A stretch of 64,000 nt of DNA, taken from NCBI GenBank assembly GCA_965219415.1, contig CBDCNP010000002.1:3200001-3264000 (forward strand), read 5' to 3'. This document shows, one piece after another, positions 30,640 through 42,968 of the stretch. Both the position numbers and the translations under genes were made by a program. The notes under the pieces were generated by a model. It ran no database searches. It had not been told where the DNA came from and was given only the letters and a program-made list of their open reading frames with translations. Position 1 is the first letter of the stretch. Each line of letters opens with the position of its first letter. The DNA is from Candidatus Marinacidobacterales bacterium. GTDB taxonomy: Bacteria; Acidobacteriota; Vicinamibacteria; Marinacidobacterales; DATDRI01.

Positions 30640-31515
30640 TACCTCGCCGGATTCGGCGCCAAACTATCTATGGCCTCCGCCTCGGTAAGTAGCGTTCTCT
30701 TCTCTTGACCGATACGCTCGGCCAGCAAGAAGCCGAGCGTGGTCACTTCCGGTGGACGTATGCCGATGGCCTCCAACTCAGCCGTGCGCGAGAAGACGTC
30801 TCTGGGGCTGCCATCCATCACCAGCCGGCCCCGCTCTAAGACCAGGAGTCGATCGGAATACTTGACCAGTTCCTCTACCTCGTGTTCGATCATGACCACG
30901 GTGACGTCGTCGGTGTCACGCTTGAGCGTCTCGACGATACGAAAGATATCCTGTTTGCCTACCGGATCGAGCTCCGAGGTGGGCTCGTCCAGGATGAGGA
31001 GCCGGGGCTTAAGCGCCAGGGCGGCACCGAGCGCTACTCGCTGCTTCTCACCTCCGGACAGAGCTTGGGGGGAAAGCGTGGCGATATGGCTCCAGATTGA
31101 GGAGCTCGAGGACCTGTCCGATCCGTTGCTCGATCTCCGTCGCCGGCAGGCAAATGTTCTCGAGAGCAAAGGCCAGCTCCTCCTCCACCGACAGTCCCAC
31201 GATCTGGCTTTCCGGATCTTGAAACGTGATCGCGACCAAGGCACTGCCTTCCTCGCCGTAGAGCAGGCGAGACATCGACTCTTCACGAGTGTCCTTGCCG
31301 GCAATCTGTACCCGGCCGTCGAGCGTTCCGCCCAGCGTCTGCGGAACGAGTCCCGTCAAGGCCAAGGCGAGGGTGGTCTTTCCGGCTCCGGCGGGCCCAA
31401 TCAGTCCGACAAACTCCCCCTGCTGGATGGAAAAACTGATGGAATCAAGCACTCGGCGACCGGTATTGGGGTAACTGTAGGAGAGGTCTTCGACCAGCAG
31501 TATGGGGCTAGGCAT
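30639..31515 (-). pseudogene. ecfA: Second ECF ATPase; +1 in G6/C6 run near 31070
   Basis: GPAGAGKT, FQDPESQ; after the shift LSGGEKQR, DEPTSELDP. Confidence 0.85.
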
Positions 31516-32236
31516 TCCTGGCTCGGTCGGTCTGGCGATCTTCCCAGTACATGTTCCACTTCTTGACGTAAGGGAACAAGGCTTTGGTCAGGATATAGCC
31601 CAGGGTCAAGACCGTGAGAGTGCAGTTCAACATGATGTGACCGAAGTTGACGGTCCAAGCGGCCGCGGTTGGCACGATGTGCCACAAATCGAGCCACCAC
31701 GAGATATAGAACCCGATGACCAGGGCTCCGAGGATAGTCCCGACCGCGTAGCGGACGGCATCACCAATGCTGTTGAGATCCGCATGGGCGGCGGTCTTGA
31801 CGAACCGGTAGATGATATAGGCATTGAGGAAGTTGCCGATGAACCCAGCCACCGAGCCCAGTGTCAGATAGCCGCCGAACAGATCCGCGATGAGGTTTCC
31901 CAGGGCGCATCCGAGAGCGCCGGGAACGCCGAACAGGATACCGAAGACCGCGACGAAGGCCTGGGCAGGGCGGAGATAAGCGAAGCCGGGCAAGAAGACA
32001 ATGCCGGCGGTGGCCACCAGTCCGGCGCCGAAGATGGCCGCGGTGATGGAAACCTGCATCACCGCCATGGCGTCCCACCTGAGACCAGTGCGGTGAATAC
32101 CGGGAGGTAATACTCTAATCTCGTAGCCGCTCAGCTCGGCAATGAAAAGCACCGTACCTACTACGAATACACCTGCCCCGACAGCGAACATGGTCTCGAA
32201 GCCAAGGCTGTCGAGGATCGTCTTCACCAACGGCAA
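31508..32236 (-). CDS. ECF transporter substrate-specific S component (QueT-like)
   Basis: LRPA...FGILFG.PGALG...GNLIADLF; about 7 TM helices; operon position. Confidence 0.7.
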   Translation of the reverse strand: MPLVKTILDSLGFETMFAVGAGVFVVGTVLFIAELSGYEIRVLPPGIHRTGLRWDAMAVMQVSITAAIFGAGLVATAGIVFLPGFAYLRPAQAFVAVFGILFGVPGALGCALGNLIADLFGGYLTLGSVAGFIGNFLNAYIIYRFVKTAAHADLNSIGDAVRYAVGTILGALVIGFYISWWLDLWHIVPTAAAWTVNFGHIMLNCTLTVLTLGYILTKALFPYVKKWNMYWEDRQTDRARNA

Positions 32237-32254
32237 TGCGAGTTTCTCCTTTCG

Positions 32255-33055
32255 TCACGCTCTATCAAGGGCTCGAACGACTTCGACGAGCGCCGCTACT
32301 TTCCGGGCGTCGACTCGCGCACCCGTCTTGAGGCTCGCCCCCACGAGGGCACCGTCCGCCGCGCTGAGAAGCTCCTTTGCATTCTCGCGCCGTAGGCCGC
32401 TGCCCACCAAGATAGGACAATCTCCGGCTCCTCGCTTGGCTTCTTCCACTGTGATTACTGCCGAAGGATCCCCGGTCGCTGTTCCGGTGACACCGATGGC
32501 GTCGGCGTGGTGCTCGGCGGCGAGTCGTGCGGATTCAATCAAGGAACGCTCCACCATCATCCGAGCGAACTTTACTTGGATCTCGGCGAGAATCAACACA
32601 TCGTCGGCACCTATGGACTTCCGATAGGCCATCAGGCCTTCCGGATCGATCTTCATCTGACCGACGAACTCCGGGCGCTCCATGGGGTCCACGAAGAAGT
32701 CCGTCCGCATGAAGGCGGCTCCGGTGGCGTGGGCAATACCGAGCGAGGTTTTCGGATCGTTCAGGAGAATCTCCACGCCCACCACCGATTTCTTGGAGGC
32801 CACTACCAACTCCAGGGTCACCCGCGTCATGGCAGCAATGGTTTCCGGGTTGGCCTGGGCTCGGAAGGGGCGATCGCTGAAGTTTTCGACCAGCACACCA
32901 TCGACCCCCCCTTGCTCGAAGGCCGATAGATCACCGAGCGCTTTTTCGATGACTCGGTCGATTCCCGGCGATTCTGGATAGCCCGGCAGCGCGGGGAGGT
33001 GAATCACGCCGATGATGGGTTTGGGTTGGGGGAAAAGATCTCTGAAGGCGCTCAC
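32255..33055 (-). CDS. btpA: BtpA/SgcQ family TIM-barrel protein
   Basis: KPIIGVIHLPALPG.P, GVDGVLVENF.D.P, VTG.ATG, LVGSG, ADGALVG.SLK. Confidence 0.88.
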   Translation of the reverse strand: MSAFRDLFPQPKPIIGVIHLPALPGYPESPGIDRVIEKALGDLSAFEQGGVDGVLVENFSDRPFRAQANPETIAAMTRVTLELVVASKKSVVGVEILLNDPKTSLGIAHATGAAFMRTDFFVDPMERPEFVGQMKIDPEGLMAYRKSIGADDVLILAEIQVKFARMMVERSLIESARLAAEHHADAIGVTGTATGDPSAVITVEEAKRGAGDCPILVGSGLRRENAKELLSAADGALVGASLKTGARVDARKVAALVEVVRALDRA

Positions 33056-33236
33056 TCTTCTGGTCGCGCAGTTTCACACCTTCACGACACGCCGGGCAAG
33101 TGGATTCCGTCCAAGGTGCACGGTCAGGATAAGCCGACCCGGAAGTGATTGATTAAGGGATTTTGTTTGTCGCCCTAGTCGGAGTATGTTAGCGAGCACT
33201 AGATCGGTGACTTGTGAGCGAAGAGGGAGGCCGGAG

Positions 33237-34316
33237 ATGGGAAGTTCTGATTGGTCACGACGCGGGTTCTTGAAGGCGGCGGGCATCGTTGGTGCATCTA
33301 GCGGGTTGGCCCGGCTAGCGAGCGGAGAGTCACGCGCTCGAGTGAGTCAGGGCGGACGTCAGAAGATCATCCTCGACGTCGATACCGGTACCGACGACGC
33401 GGTGGCCCTCATGTTTGGTGCGCTTCATCCCGATCTCGAGCTCGTTGCGGCCACCACCGTGAATGGGAACGTGCCCGTCGAGTACTGCACCGAAAATTCT
33501 CTCCGCGTCTTCGACTACATCGGCGTGGACGTTCCAGTCTATGAAGGCATGGCGACGCCCATCTTTCGTCCAGACTTTCCGGTGCCTCGCAAAGAGCGGA
33601 CCAGCAGCATGACGAGCGGGACCATCCATGGTGGGTACTTGGAGCTTCCGCCTGCGAAGTCGAAACAGCAGGCGATGAACGCCGTCGATTTCCTGATCGA
33701 GACCTACTCGCGGCCCGAGGCCCAGGACATCATTTTGGTCCCGGTTGGACCGCTTTCTAATGTCGCGATGGCGCTCAAACAGTCACCGGGGATCGTGGAG
33801 AACATCCCGGAAATCGTGATCATGGGCGGTGTACATGAGATCGGGAATGTAACCGCATCCGCGGAGTTCAACGTTTGGGCGGATCCGGAGGCCGCCCGGA
33901 TTGTACTCAATAGCGGGATCAAGAAAGTGACGATGGTGCCGCTGGATGCGACTCACCGAGCGCTCGTTTCTCTCGATGACTGCAAGAAACTCCGGGCGCT
34001 AGGCACACCGGCGGGGGAGGCCGCGGCTATCTTTACCGAGCGACGGGTTCGCGGATACCTTGAGTTCCAACCATCGGGCCGACCCGCGGCCCCGGTTCAC
34101 GACGCGCTCGCGGTTGCTTCGATCGTCAATTCCTCGGTGATTTCTACGGTGTACGCACACGTCGACGTCGAGACTCATGGCGAACTGACGGTTGGCAAAA
34201 CGGTCGTCGACACACGGCCGCGAAGCGCCAAAGAACGTAATGCCTACGTGGCGCTCGATGCCGACGAGCCGCTATTCGTCGAGATGTTGCTAGAGACGAT
34301 GGGACGAACGGCGTAG
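33237..34316 (+). CDS. Nucleoside hydrolase (IU-NH family) with Tat signal
   Basis: SRRGFLK Tat motif; DVDTGTDDA, VNGN, GPLSNVA, AEFNVWADPEAA, HDALA. Confidence 0.9.
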   Translation: MGSSDWSRRGFLKAAGIVGASSGLARLASGESRARVSQGGRQKIILDVDTGTDDAVALMFGALHPDLELVAATTVNGNVPVEYCTENSLRVFDYIGVDVPVYEGMATPIFRPDFPVPRKERTSSMTSGTIHGGYLELPPAKSKQQAMNAVDFLIETYSRPEAQDIILVPVGPLSNVAMALKQSPGIVENIPEIVIMGGVHEIGNVTASAEFNVWADPEAARIVLNSGIKKVTMVPLDATHRALVSLDDCKKLRALGTPAGEAAAIFTERRVRGYLEFQPSGRPAAPVHDALAVASIVNSSVISTVYAHVDVETHGELTVGKTVVDTRPRSAKERNAYVALDADEPLFVEMLLETMGRTA

Positions 34317-34696
34317 AGAAGAACTTCCCTAGCTTGCTCTTTCCTTGGGAAACAGGAACGAGCTCACCTGCTCGGAAACAAGGCTACAAAGATCCAGAGC
34401 ATCTTGCATGTGACTTGCGTCGGCCACGTACTCTGGCCAAGCTCCCAGATCTTTTTCCTTGTTCTTATCGTCCACCTCCGCGATATGAATGCGAATTCTG
34501 TACTTTATCGAGAACCTCCGAGTACGAATAGCACTAAGACATCGGGCGCCAATATAGCCACTCGCGAAAGCCTTGGGAAGTGGTGGAATCCCCGCAGCCA
34601 GCCGCCGGCCTGAAGTCGCGGTTGCGCAACGCGTTATAATAGAAGCAGATCGAACCAAAATCCTTAGACCATCACAAACACAAGAGGTGTCTCGAA

Positions 34697-35834
34697 ATGC
34701 CTGGAACCACGCGAAAAAACGGGCGGCGATGGCTCCCCCTGTTGAGATTGTCGGGATTGTCGGGATTGTTGGGCGCCGTCGCCCTGCTCTGTACCGGCTG
34801 CACCCCGACTGAGGATCCGCTGCGGCCGGACCGTCCCCCGGGCGGCTCCTTCGTTCTAGGGCGGCTCCTTCGTTCTAGACGGTGCCGGGCTGGTGCATAG
34901 CGAGTCCCTCGATCGAATGAACCAGACTCTCGCGGCGCTTCTTAGGGAGACCGATATCGAGATCCTCGCGCTATCTATGCCTTCGCTCGAAGGGCACTCG
35001 ATCGGAAACTTCACCGAGGAGCTCTTCGAAGATTGGGAGGTCGGTGAGCGAACGCGGGCGAACCGCGGCGTGCTCCTTGTGGTAGCCGCGTCGGAGGAGC
35101 GAGTACGGCTCGCGGTGAGCTACGACCTCGAGGATATCTTTACCGATACCTTTATCTCCATCATCGAAGACGAGCAGTTGGTGCCCTACTTCGAGAGCAA
35201 CATGATCGGAGAAGGTGTCGAGGCGACGGTTGAGCTTCTGGCCCGGCGCGCTTACGAAAAGATCCGCGGGCACGCCTATGATCCTCTAGAGGCCCGTCCA
35301 GATGTCGGCCGCTATCGTGCCGGCGGCGCGGGCGTGGAGACCGAAGTCGATCTCGAAGGAGGCCCGCCTGAGGCAGCCGAGCCGGTAGACGCATCTCTCC
35401 AAGACTACTTCGGACCGCAGCCGACGCCTGGCGAGGCTTGGGCGCGCTTTCTCGAAGTCAATGGGCGGCTCATCAAGGATACCTCCCTTGGACTCTACGA
35501 CGAGGCCACCCAAGTCCATTTGCGGAAGCGGCCCAACACCGACGCCGGCCAAAAGCATTTGGCCAACCTGTACGACGGCCACTCGCCGATGATCCGGCAG
35601 CAAGGGGATCGCGCGGTGATTCTTTTTCCCGAAGACCCCGATCACTTGCGGGCACCGTGGTTCTTCCATCGCGGAGCCGATGGCTGGCGGCTGGACGGGT
35701 CGGTTCTTCCGAAAGTCATCGTGTACAATCACCGGAATCAGTGGCGTTTCAAGAGCCTTGACCACGTCTACATGTTTGCCTTCGACGACTACGTCTTCGA
35801 TCAGCACGGGTTTGCGACGCCGCCAGGTACGTAA
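34697..35834 (+). pseudogene. TPM-domain lipoprotein frameshifted by a 19-bp tandem duplication
   Basis: Lipobox-like CTGC; FVLD.AGL; LF..W.VG...NRGVLLVVA..ERVRL.VSY.LE; duplicated gggcggctccttcgttcta at 34840-34877. Confidence 0.75.
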
Positions 35835-35908
35835 ACGTCCAACAAAACTCCGCTCCACGACGCCAGGTGATACGATCGCCTCTCTAAGAGTAGAGGGGGG
35901 AGAGCATC

Positions 35909-36910
35909 ATGATTGTCGACTGCGCCGTTTACAAGAATGGGCGCCGGGTGGCGGGCGAGTTCACACCGGAGGAGGCCCTCCGCAAGAGTCGGAGCGACGA
36001 CGCGTTCGTCTGGGTTGGGCTTCACGAGCCGACTCCCGAGGAGTTCGAAGTGGTGAGGAGAGAGTTCGATCTTCACGAGCTCGCGGTGGAAGATGCCATC
36101 AAGGCGCACCAACGGCCGAAGCTCGAAACCTACGACGACTCGGTGCTCCTTGTTTTGAAGCCGGCCCGCTACGTGGACACCGAGGAAGTGGTCGAGCTCG
36201 GTGAGATTCTGATCTTTCTCGGGCCTGGGTTCATCGTCGTCGTCCGACATGTGCAAACGACCGGGCTCCAGGAAGTGCGGCAGTCGATCGAGGCGCGGCC
36301 CGAGCTCCTTGCGCTCGGTCCTAGCGCGGTCCTCCACGCCATCGTGGATCGGGTCGTGGACGATTATGTCCCCGTCTTGGAGGGTCTCGAGCTCGACATC
36401 GATCAGGTGGAGGAAGCCGTTTTTTCGGAGGAGCGGACCAATCCGGTTGAGCGCATCTACTATCTGAAGCGAGAGGTGCTGGGGTTCCGCCGCGCCACCG
36501 CCCCACTCCTCAATCCTCTCAATCTATTGGCGGTTCGTACCCTACCCCAGGTGCATGAGGATGTTCGGGAATATTTCCGGGACGTTTATGATCATTTGTT
36601 GCGTGTCAACGAGCAGGTCGAAGCCTACCGTGATCTCCTCACCAGCATCCTCGAGGCGAACCTTACGCAAGTGAGCGTCCGGCAAAACGAGGACATGAGA
36701 CGGATTTCGGCGTAGGTGGCGATCGCGGTCGTACCAACGATGATTGCCGGGATCTACGGCATGAACTTCAAGAACATGCCGGAGCTCGAGACTCCGTTGG
36801 GCTATCCCTCGGTTTTGGGGTTCATGGTCGCCGCGTGCGGCACGCTCTACTTCTTTTTCAGGAAGGCGGGACTGGCTTTGATTTTTGGATTTGCGAAGAG
36901 TCTTTGGTGA
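35909..36910 (+). pseudogene. corA: CorA Mg2+/Co2+ transporter with in-frame TAG at 36713-36715
   Basis: HELAVEDA...HQRPK, YFRDVYDH, QNEDMRRISA*VAI...GIYGMNF. Confidence 0.9.
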
Positions 36911-38314
36911 TCACGAGCCGCGAACGCGAGGCTCGGTGGAGCGCCGGGTTCCCGCCCAGTAAAGAACCGCCCCCACCAGCAAGAAAGCTAGAAACCCACC
37001 GATAACCTTCGCTTCGAAGAGCCATACGCTGGCGGTGTCTTCCGGTGGTACGAGCGCCATCGCCATAGCGAGCACCGTCGTCATCAGGCCGGCCACTCCG
37101 GTGAGTGTAGCGGCCAAACGGCTCTTGAGAAAGTCGGACTTCTCCGCGTCGTTTCTGCTTCGTATCACGGCGTACGCGGCGAAGACATAAACGTACGGAA
37201 GGAAGTAGACGAGGAGTGTTGTGTCGAGAAGGATGAGATAGGCTTCCTGCACGGTAGCCCCTGCGAAGCTCATAACGACGAACAAGGCGGCGATGATGGC
37301 CTGAAGAATGACTGCGATGTAAGGGGAGCCATACTTCGGATGAACCCGGCCGAAGGAAGCCGGTAGGAAGTGATCGATCCCCGCGACGAACGGCATGCGA
37401 GCCGCTCCGGTAAACCATGCCATCAGTCCACCGATTCCGCCCAATGTAATGAGTAGCGCTAGAAGGCTAGTCGCCCAACCCACTCCCAGCTTGTCAGCAA
37501 CGGCCGCGATCCCTTGGAGGAATCCGGTAATGATATTGATGTCGGTGCGGGGCAGCGCGACTAGAAGCGCGAAGGTCCCGAGAATATAGATTCCTGCAAC
37601 CACGATGCCGGAGAAGACGGTGGCTCGCGGAATCGTCCGTTCGGGATCTTTCACTTCGCCGGCGAGCACCGCCGCCAGCTCGAGACCGGCGAATCCGAAA
37701 CAGATCGCCGCGAAGAACGAGAGCTTGTCGAACGTCAGGATGTCGGCAAAGAAGCTTTCCACCGGCATGGGGTTGGCGGAACCGTAGCGCACCAGCGCAA
37801 GGGCTCCGAAGAGCAGGAGGGCGGCCCCGGTTACCCAGGCGCTGATGCCACCCACGTTGTGCAGCCATCGGCCCGTTTGAAGACCGAAGACATTGGCCAG
37901 GGTGACGGCGAGGATGGCCAGCAAGGAGAACGCCATCACATATGGCTTGCTCTCGCCAAGCTCCTGATAGCCGCTTCCGGCCATGAAGACCGAGATGCCG
38001 GCCAGGTACACGAGCAGGTTCGGGAAGTAAGCCAGATTGTTGGTCCAGTAGCACCAACCTGCCATGAAGCCATGAAATTCTCCAAAGACGCTCCTCGCCC
38101 ACGAGTACACGCCGCCCTCTTCGGGCATCCTTCTCGTGAGCTCTATGACCGCTACGGCTTGAGGCAGGAAGAAAAAAGCGAGCGCCGCGACCCATAAGGT
38201 CATCGAAGTATTGCCGCCGGCCGCGGCGACGGAGATCCACCGGAAGCCGACGATGGCCGCGACGTTGAACAGGACGACGTCCCAGACGCCTAGGGTTTTT
38301 CTGAGCTCCGCCAT
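36911..38314 (-). CDS. APC family amino acid permease
   Basis: PEEGGVYSW, FAGLE, EVKDPERTIPRA, LP..F..VHPKYGSP; about 12 TM helices. Confidence 0.9.
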   Translation of the reverse strand: MAELRKTLGVWDVVLFNVAAIVGFRWISVAAAGGNTSMTLWVAALAFFFLPQAVAVIELTRRMPEEGGVYSWARSVFGEFHGFMAGWCYWTNNLAYFPNLLVYLAGISVFMAGSGYQELGESKPYVMAFSLLAILAVTLANVFGLQTGRWLHNVGGISAWVTGAALLLFGALALVRYGSANPMPVESFFADILTFDKLSFFAAICFGFAGLELAAVLAGEVKDPERTIPRATVFSGIVVAGIYILGTFALLVALPRTDINIITGFLQGIAAVADKLGVGWATSLLALLITLGGIGGLMAWFTGAARMPFVAGIDHFLPASFGRVHPKYGSPYIAVILQAIIAALFVVMSFAGATVQEAYLILLDTTLLVYFLPYVYVFAAYAVIRSRNDAEKSDFLKSRLAATLTGVAGLMTTVLAMAMALVPPEDTASVWLFEAKVIGGFLAFLLVGAVLYWAGTRRSTEPRVRGS

Positions 38315-38596
38315 CTATAGGGGATTACGGGACGTCGCGGACCGGGGGAACGGAACGCGATCGGTTCTAACGCTGCGGTATGCGATAGCCACGTTCTCGC
38401 CGGCGAACATAGCACACCTTGTTGCACCTGGGATCCCCGTCGACCCGCAAGCCACGCTTTGTGTCGACCTTACAAAAAGGCCTATCTTGGCGACGGATGC
38501 GCACGCGTTCGGAAGCTCGGGTCGAGAGCGTTGACGGCCCGGTCGATGGGCCGATCTTATGGGGCCCGTGCAATGGGGGAATCGCCCACGCAGTCG

Positions 38597-38788
38597 TTAT
38601 GGGTCTCCCCAGTATCTCCATGCGAGTGCGCCAATCATGTAGGTCCAATACAGGATGATGGCCAAGACGGTGGCACGCACGATCTCCTGGAGTTTTCCAC
38701 GAAGGTGTTCCTTGCGGCGCGCCGGCATCAGCCAGTAGACGAGGGTCGCGACCACGACCAAGATTAGGACGACGCGGATTCGGAACAT
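38597..38788 (-). CDS. Small two-TM hypothetical protein
   Basis: 63 aa, two hydrophobic helices, directly downstream of the deaminase. Confidence 0.5.
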   Translation of the reverse strand: MFRIRVVLILVVVATLVYWLMPARRKEHLRGKLQEIVRATVLAIILYWTYMIGALAWRYWGDP

Positions 38789-38803
38789 CGAAAAGAACGG
38801 GGA

Positions 38804-39819
<1,016 letters not shown>

Positions 39820-39973
39820 ATGGTCTCTCAACCGAGAAACGGGTGTTTCGCTAGATGATCAGCGGCGGCCGAGCGATTGAGCCGCGGGTACATCAACACC
39901 CTCTCTTTTCTCGAGATCATTATAAGCCGTGGGACCGCGGAAAGGTCTTTGCTCCCGCTGGCGTCGTAGCGAT

Positions 39974-41479
39974 TCAGATGCTCGGTGGTTGAAACCCGCC
40001 CAAGGTGGTCTCGAGATACTTTGCCACGGCGAGCGTGACGTCCTCACGTCCGGGGCGCCCGAGGACCTGGACGCCAATGGGCATCCCCTCGGGAGATGTT
40101 CCACCACGCACCACCGTGCCCGGCCATCCGGTGAGGTTATAGATGAACGTATAGCTAAAGCCGGGGGACGACTCAGCGGTCAAGCCTCCGTGAACGACCG
40201 CCACATCTGAATATACCGGGCATACGATCACGTCGTAGTCTCCGAGAAAGGTGGTCAGGCGGCTCCGGAAGTCGTACCAACGAGTGACCAAGGCATTGAG
40301 CTGGGCGGCCGACAGGGGTGCTACGCCCATGACGCCTTGCAGCGAATGTTCGGTCGTTCCATACATGTTGAGAAGCCTTCGGAAGGCCGCTCCACCGTCC
40401 GCAAAATAGAGGGCGAGGAGATCGTAACCCTGCTCCAGGCCTGGTGGTCGGATTTCGTCGACGGGAATTTGGCCGTCCGAAAGAGCCTGGGCCGCCGACC
40501 GGACCACCTCGATGATCTCGGGGATAGGTGTAGCAATGCCGTTGTCGGTGTGGAACGAGACGCGGAGTTGCTTGAGGTCGACATCCTTGGGATTGCCGAA
40601 CGGCATCTCGATGACGCCTGGATCGATCCAGTCAGGCCCGGCGATGAGGGGAAGAATCAAAGCCAGATCGTCGACGTAGCGGGCCATGGGGCCGACCTGC
40701 TGAAGGGAGTCGAGGATTCCGCCGAAGGGGACGATGTTTCCGGTGCGGGGGACTCGGCCGGTGCTCGGTTTGATCCCGGCCACTCCGGTCCAGCTGGCGG
40801 GAAGGCGAATGCTTCCCCCGTAGTCGCTACCGATGTCGAAGGGGGCGCCCCCCGCGGCCACGATAGCGACGGCTCCACCACTACTTCCTCCACTGCTTCT
40901 CTTGAGGTCGTAGGGATTACTGGTTCTTCCATATGTGGAGGTTGTTGGTCTCGAACCCAAGCGTCAGTTCGGCTGTATTGGTCTTGCCGAGTAAGATCGC
41001 CCCCGCCTCGCGAAGTCGGGCCACGACGGTAGCATCCTTCTTCGGGACGAACTCGGCACGCCCCTTCGTCCCGCCAGTCGAGATAACACCCTCGGTATCG
41101 AAAAAGAATCCTTGATGGTCATGGGAACGCCATGCAGGGGGCCCTTGAGCTCTCCCTTCGCCAGAGCGGCGTCCGCTTCACGAGCTTCCTCGAGGGCTCG
41201 GTCGGCCACGAGCTGCACCACTGCGTTGAGCTTGGGGTTCACCTCCTCGATGCGGGCGAGATGAGTCCTCACGACCTCTTCCGACGATACCCGTTTCGTT
41301 CGGATGGCGTCGGCGAGCGCTCCCGTGGACGAGTACGTGAGCGGGTCCGCAAGTTGCGTTGTCGTCGCCATGGTGGCCGCCGCCGGTGTCGAGCAGCCAG
41401 CGAGAGCAGAATAGGCAACGCCGGCGCCGAGAAGCGACATCATCTCTCGCCGGGAAAGCCCGGTGCTCGATTCTTTCAT
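39974..41479 (-). pseudogene. Amidase signature family enzyme with Tat/lipoprotein signal, two frameshifts
   Basis: SRREMM..LAGC; PLHGVPMTIKD; GGSSGG; GSDYGGSIR. Confidence 0.88.
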
Positions 41480-41570
41480 GACTTGCCTTCGCGCCGTGAG
41501 GATAGTGGCGAGGTGGATGGAACACAACTCTGCTATATTTCTGATGCCAATTACCTCCAGGGAGGAGCCG

Positions 41571-42962
41571 ATGAAGAAGTTTGGAATACTGATAGCGGTT
41601 GCCGCTTTAGCCTTCGTGCCAGCAACGTTCCTTGCCGGTCCCACCGTGTATCCCACCGGTACCACGATCTACAAGCCAGATAAGGCCTGGAGCGGCTATA
41701 CGATTTACCAAACGGAGGCTTCACCGGGAGCGGTCCTCATCGATATGAATGGCAACGTCGTCCGCAACTGGGAGCACATCGTAGGCTTCCCGGTCACTAT
41801 GCTTCCCGGTGGGTACATCATGGGCGGGACCGTCGGGCGCGTAACCGGAAAGTACATTCATCACCTCGGCTCGGACGATGTGGTCCAGGAGGATTGGGAA
41901 GGCAACGTCGTCTGGACGTTCGGCCGGGCGGACGAGATCGAAGTCGAGGGTAAGACAGCGTGGTCGGCGAGGCAGAATCACGATTTCGTTAGGCAAGGAG
42001 CTCCCGTCGGTTACTACGTGCCCGGGATGGCGCCCCTTGTGGATCGGGGGAAGACGCTCATACTCAGCCAGAAAAGCGGCCGCTGGCCCGAGGTCACTCG
42101 GGACTACTTGCCTCGGGCGGCCCGCATCATCGAGGTCACCTGGGAGGGTGAAATCGTCTGGGACTGGATGCCGGCGGAGCACTTCGAGGAGTTCGGACAC
42201 AGCGAAGCGGCCAAGAATACGATCATGCGCGGTTGCAGGAACCAGCATTGCGTATTCTTGAACGCTGCGGCCTACGTCGGCCCGAACAAGTGGTACGACG
42301 CGGGGGACGAGCGGTTTCATCCCGACAACATCATTAGTGACGACCGAGGCACGATCCTCTTCATCATCTCGAAGGAGACCCGCGAGATCGTGTGGAAAGT
42401 CGGCCCCGAATATACGTCGACTCCCGAGCTTCGAGCCCTCGGGCCGATCATCGGCCCTCATAACACACACATAATCCCGAAGGGGCTTCCCGGTGCGGGT
42501 AACATTCTCATCTTCGACAATGGCGGCGCCGCGGGGTTCGGCCTTCCCAACCCTGGTTCGCCGACCGGTGAGTGGAACGCGCTACGGGATTATTCCCGAG
42601 TGCTGGAGATCAATCCGGTCACGCTCGAGATCGTTTGGCAATACACGGCCCGGACCGCAGGGTTCATCCCGGTAGCGGAGGACTCCAAGTTCTTCAGTCA
42701 CTTTGCGAGCGGTGCCCAACGTCTTCCCAACGGAAACACGCTGATCGTGGAGACCGCTTACGGTCGCAGTTTCGAAGTAACACCGGAGAGCGAAATCGTC
42801 TGGGAGTACATCAACCCGTTCAACCGCAATGAAGGCGAGCCCTTCACGAATTACATCTACCGGGCGTATCGACTTCCTTATGATTGGGTGCCGCAGCTAG
42901 AGAGGCCGGTGGAAGAGGCGGTCATCCCGTCTGCAAACGGAGAGTTCCGGGTGAGTCGGTAG
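41571..42962 (+). CDS. Aryl-sulfate sulfotransferase (ASST)-like secreted protein
   Basis: PTVYPTGTTIY.P.KAW.GYT, LIDMNG, RQNHD, GNILIFDNGG, AQRLPNGNTLI, YRAYR. Confidence 0.75.
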   Translation: MKKFGILIAVAALAFVPATFLAGPTVYPTGTTIYKPDKAWSGYTIYQTEASPGAVLIDMNGNVVRNWEHIVGFPVTMLPGGYIMGGTVGRVTGKYIHHLGSDDVVQEDWEGNVVWTFGRADEIEVEGKTAWSARQNHDFVRQGAPVGYYVPGMAPLVDRGKTLILSQKSGRWPEVTRDYLPRAARIIEVTWEGEIVWDWMPAEHFEEFGHSEAAKNTIMRGCRNQHCVFLNAAAYVGPNKWYDAGDERFHPDNIISDDRGTILFIISKETREIVWKVGPEYTSTPELRALGPIIGPHNTHIIPKGLPGAGNILIFDNGGAAGFGLPNPGSPTGEWNALRDYSRVLEINPVTLEIVWQYTARTAGFIPVAEDSKFFSHFASGAQRLPNGNTLIVETAYGRSFEVTPESEIVWEYINPFNRNEGEPFTNYIYRAYRLPYDWVPQLERPVEEAVIPSANGEFRVSR

Positions 42963-42968
42963 GAGACG

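Noticed and set aside
38340-38596. Possible small gene or ncRNA between the permease and the small membrane protein
   Set aside because: No recognisable motif, RBS or structure that I can support
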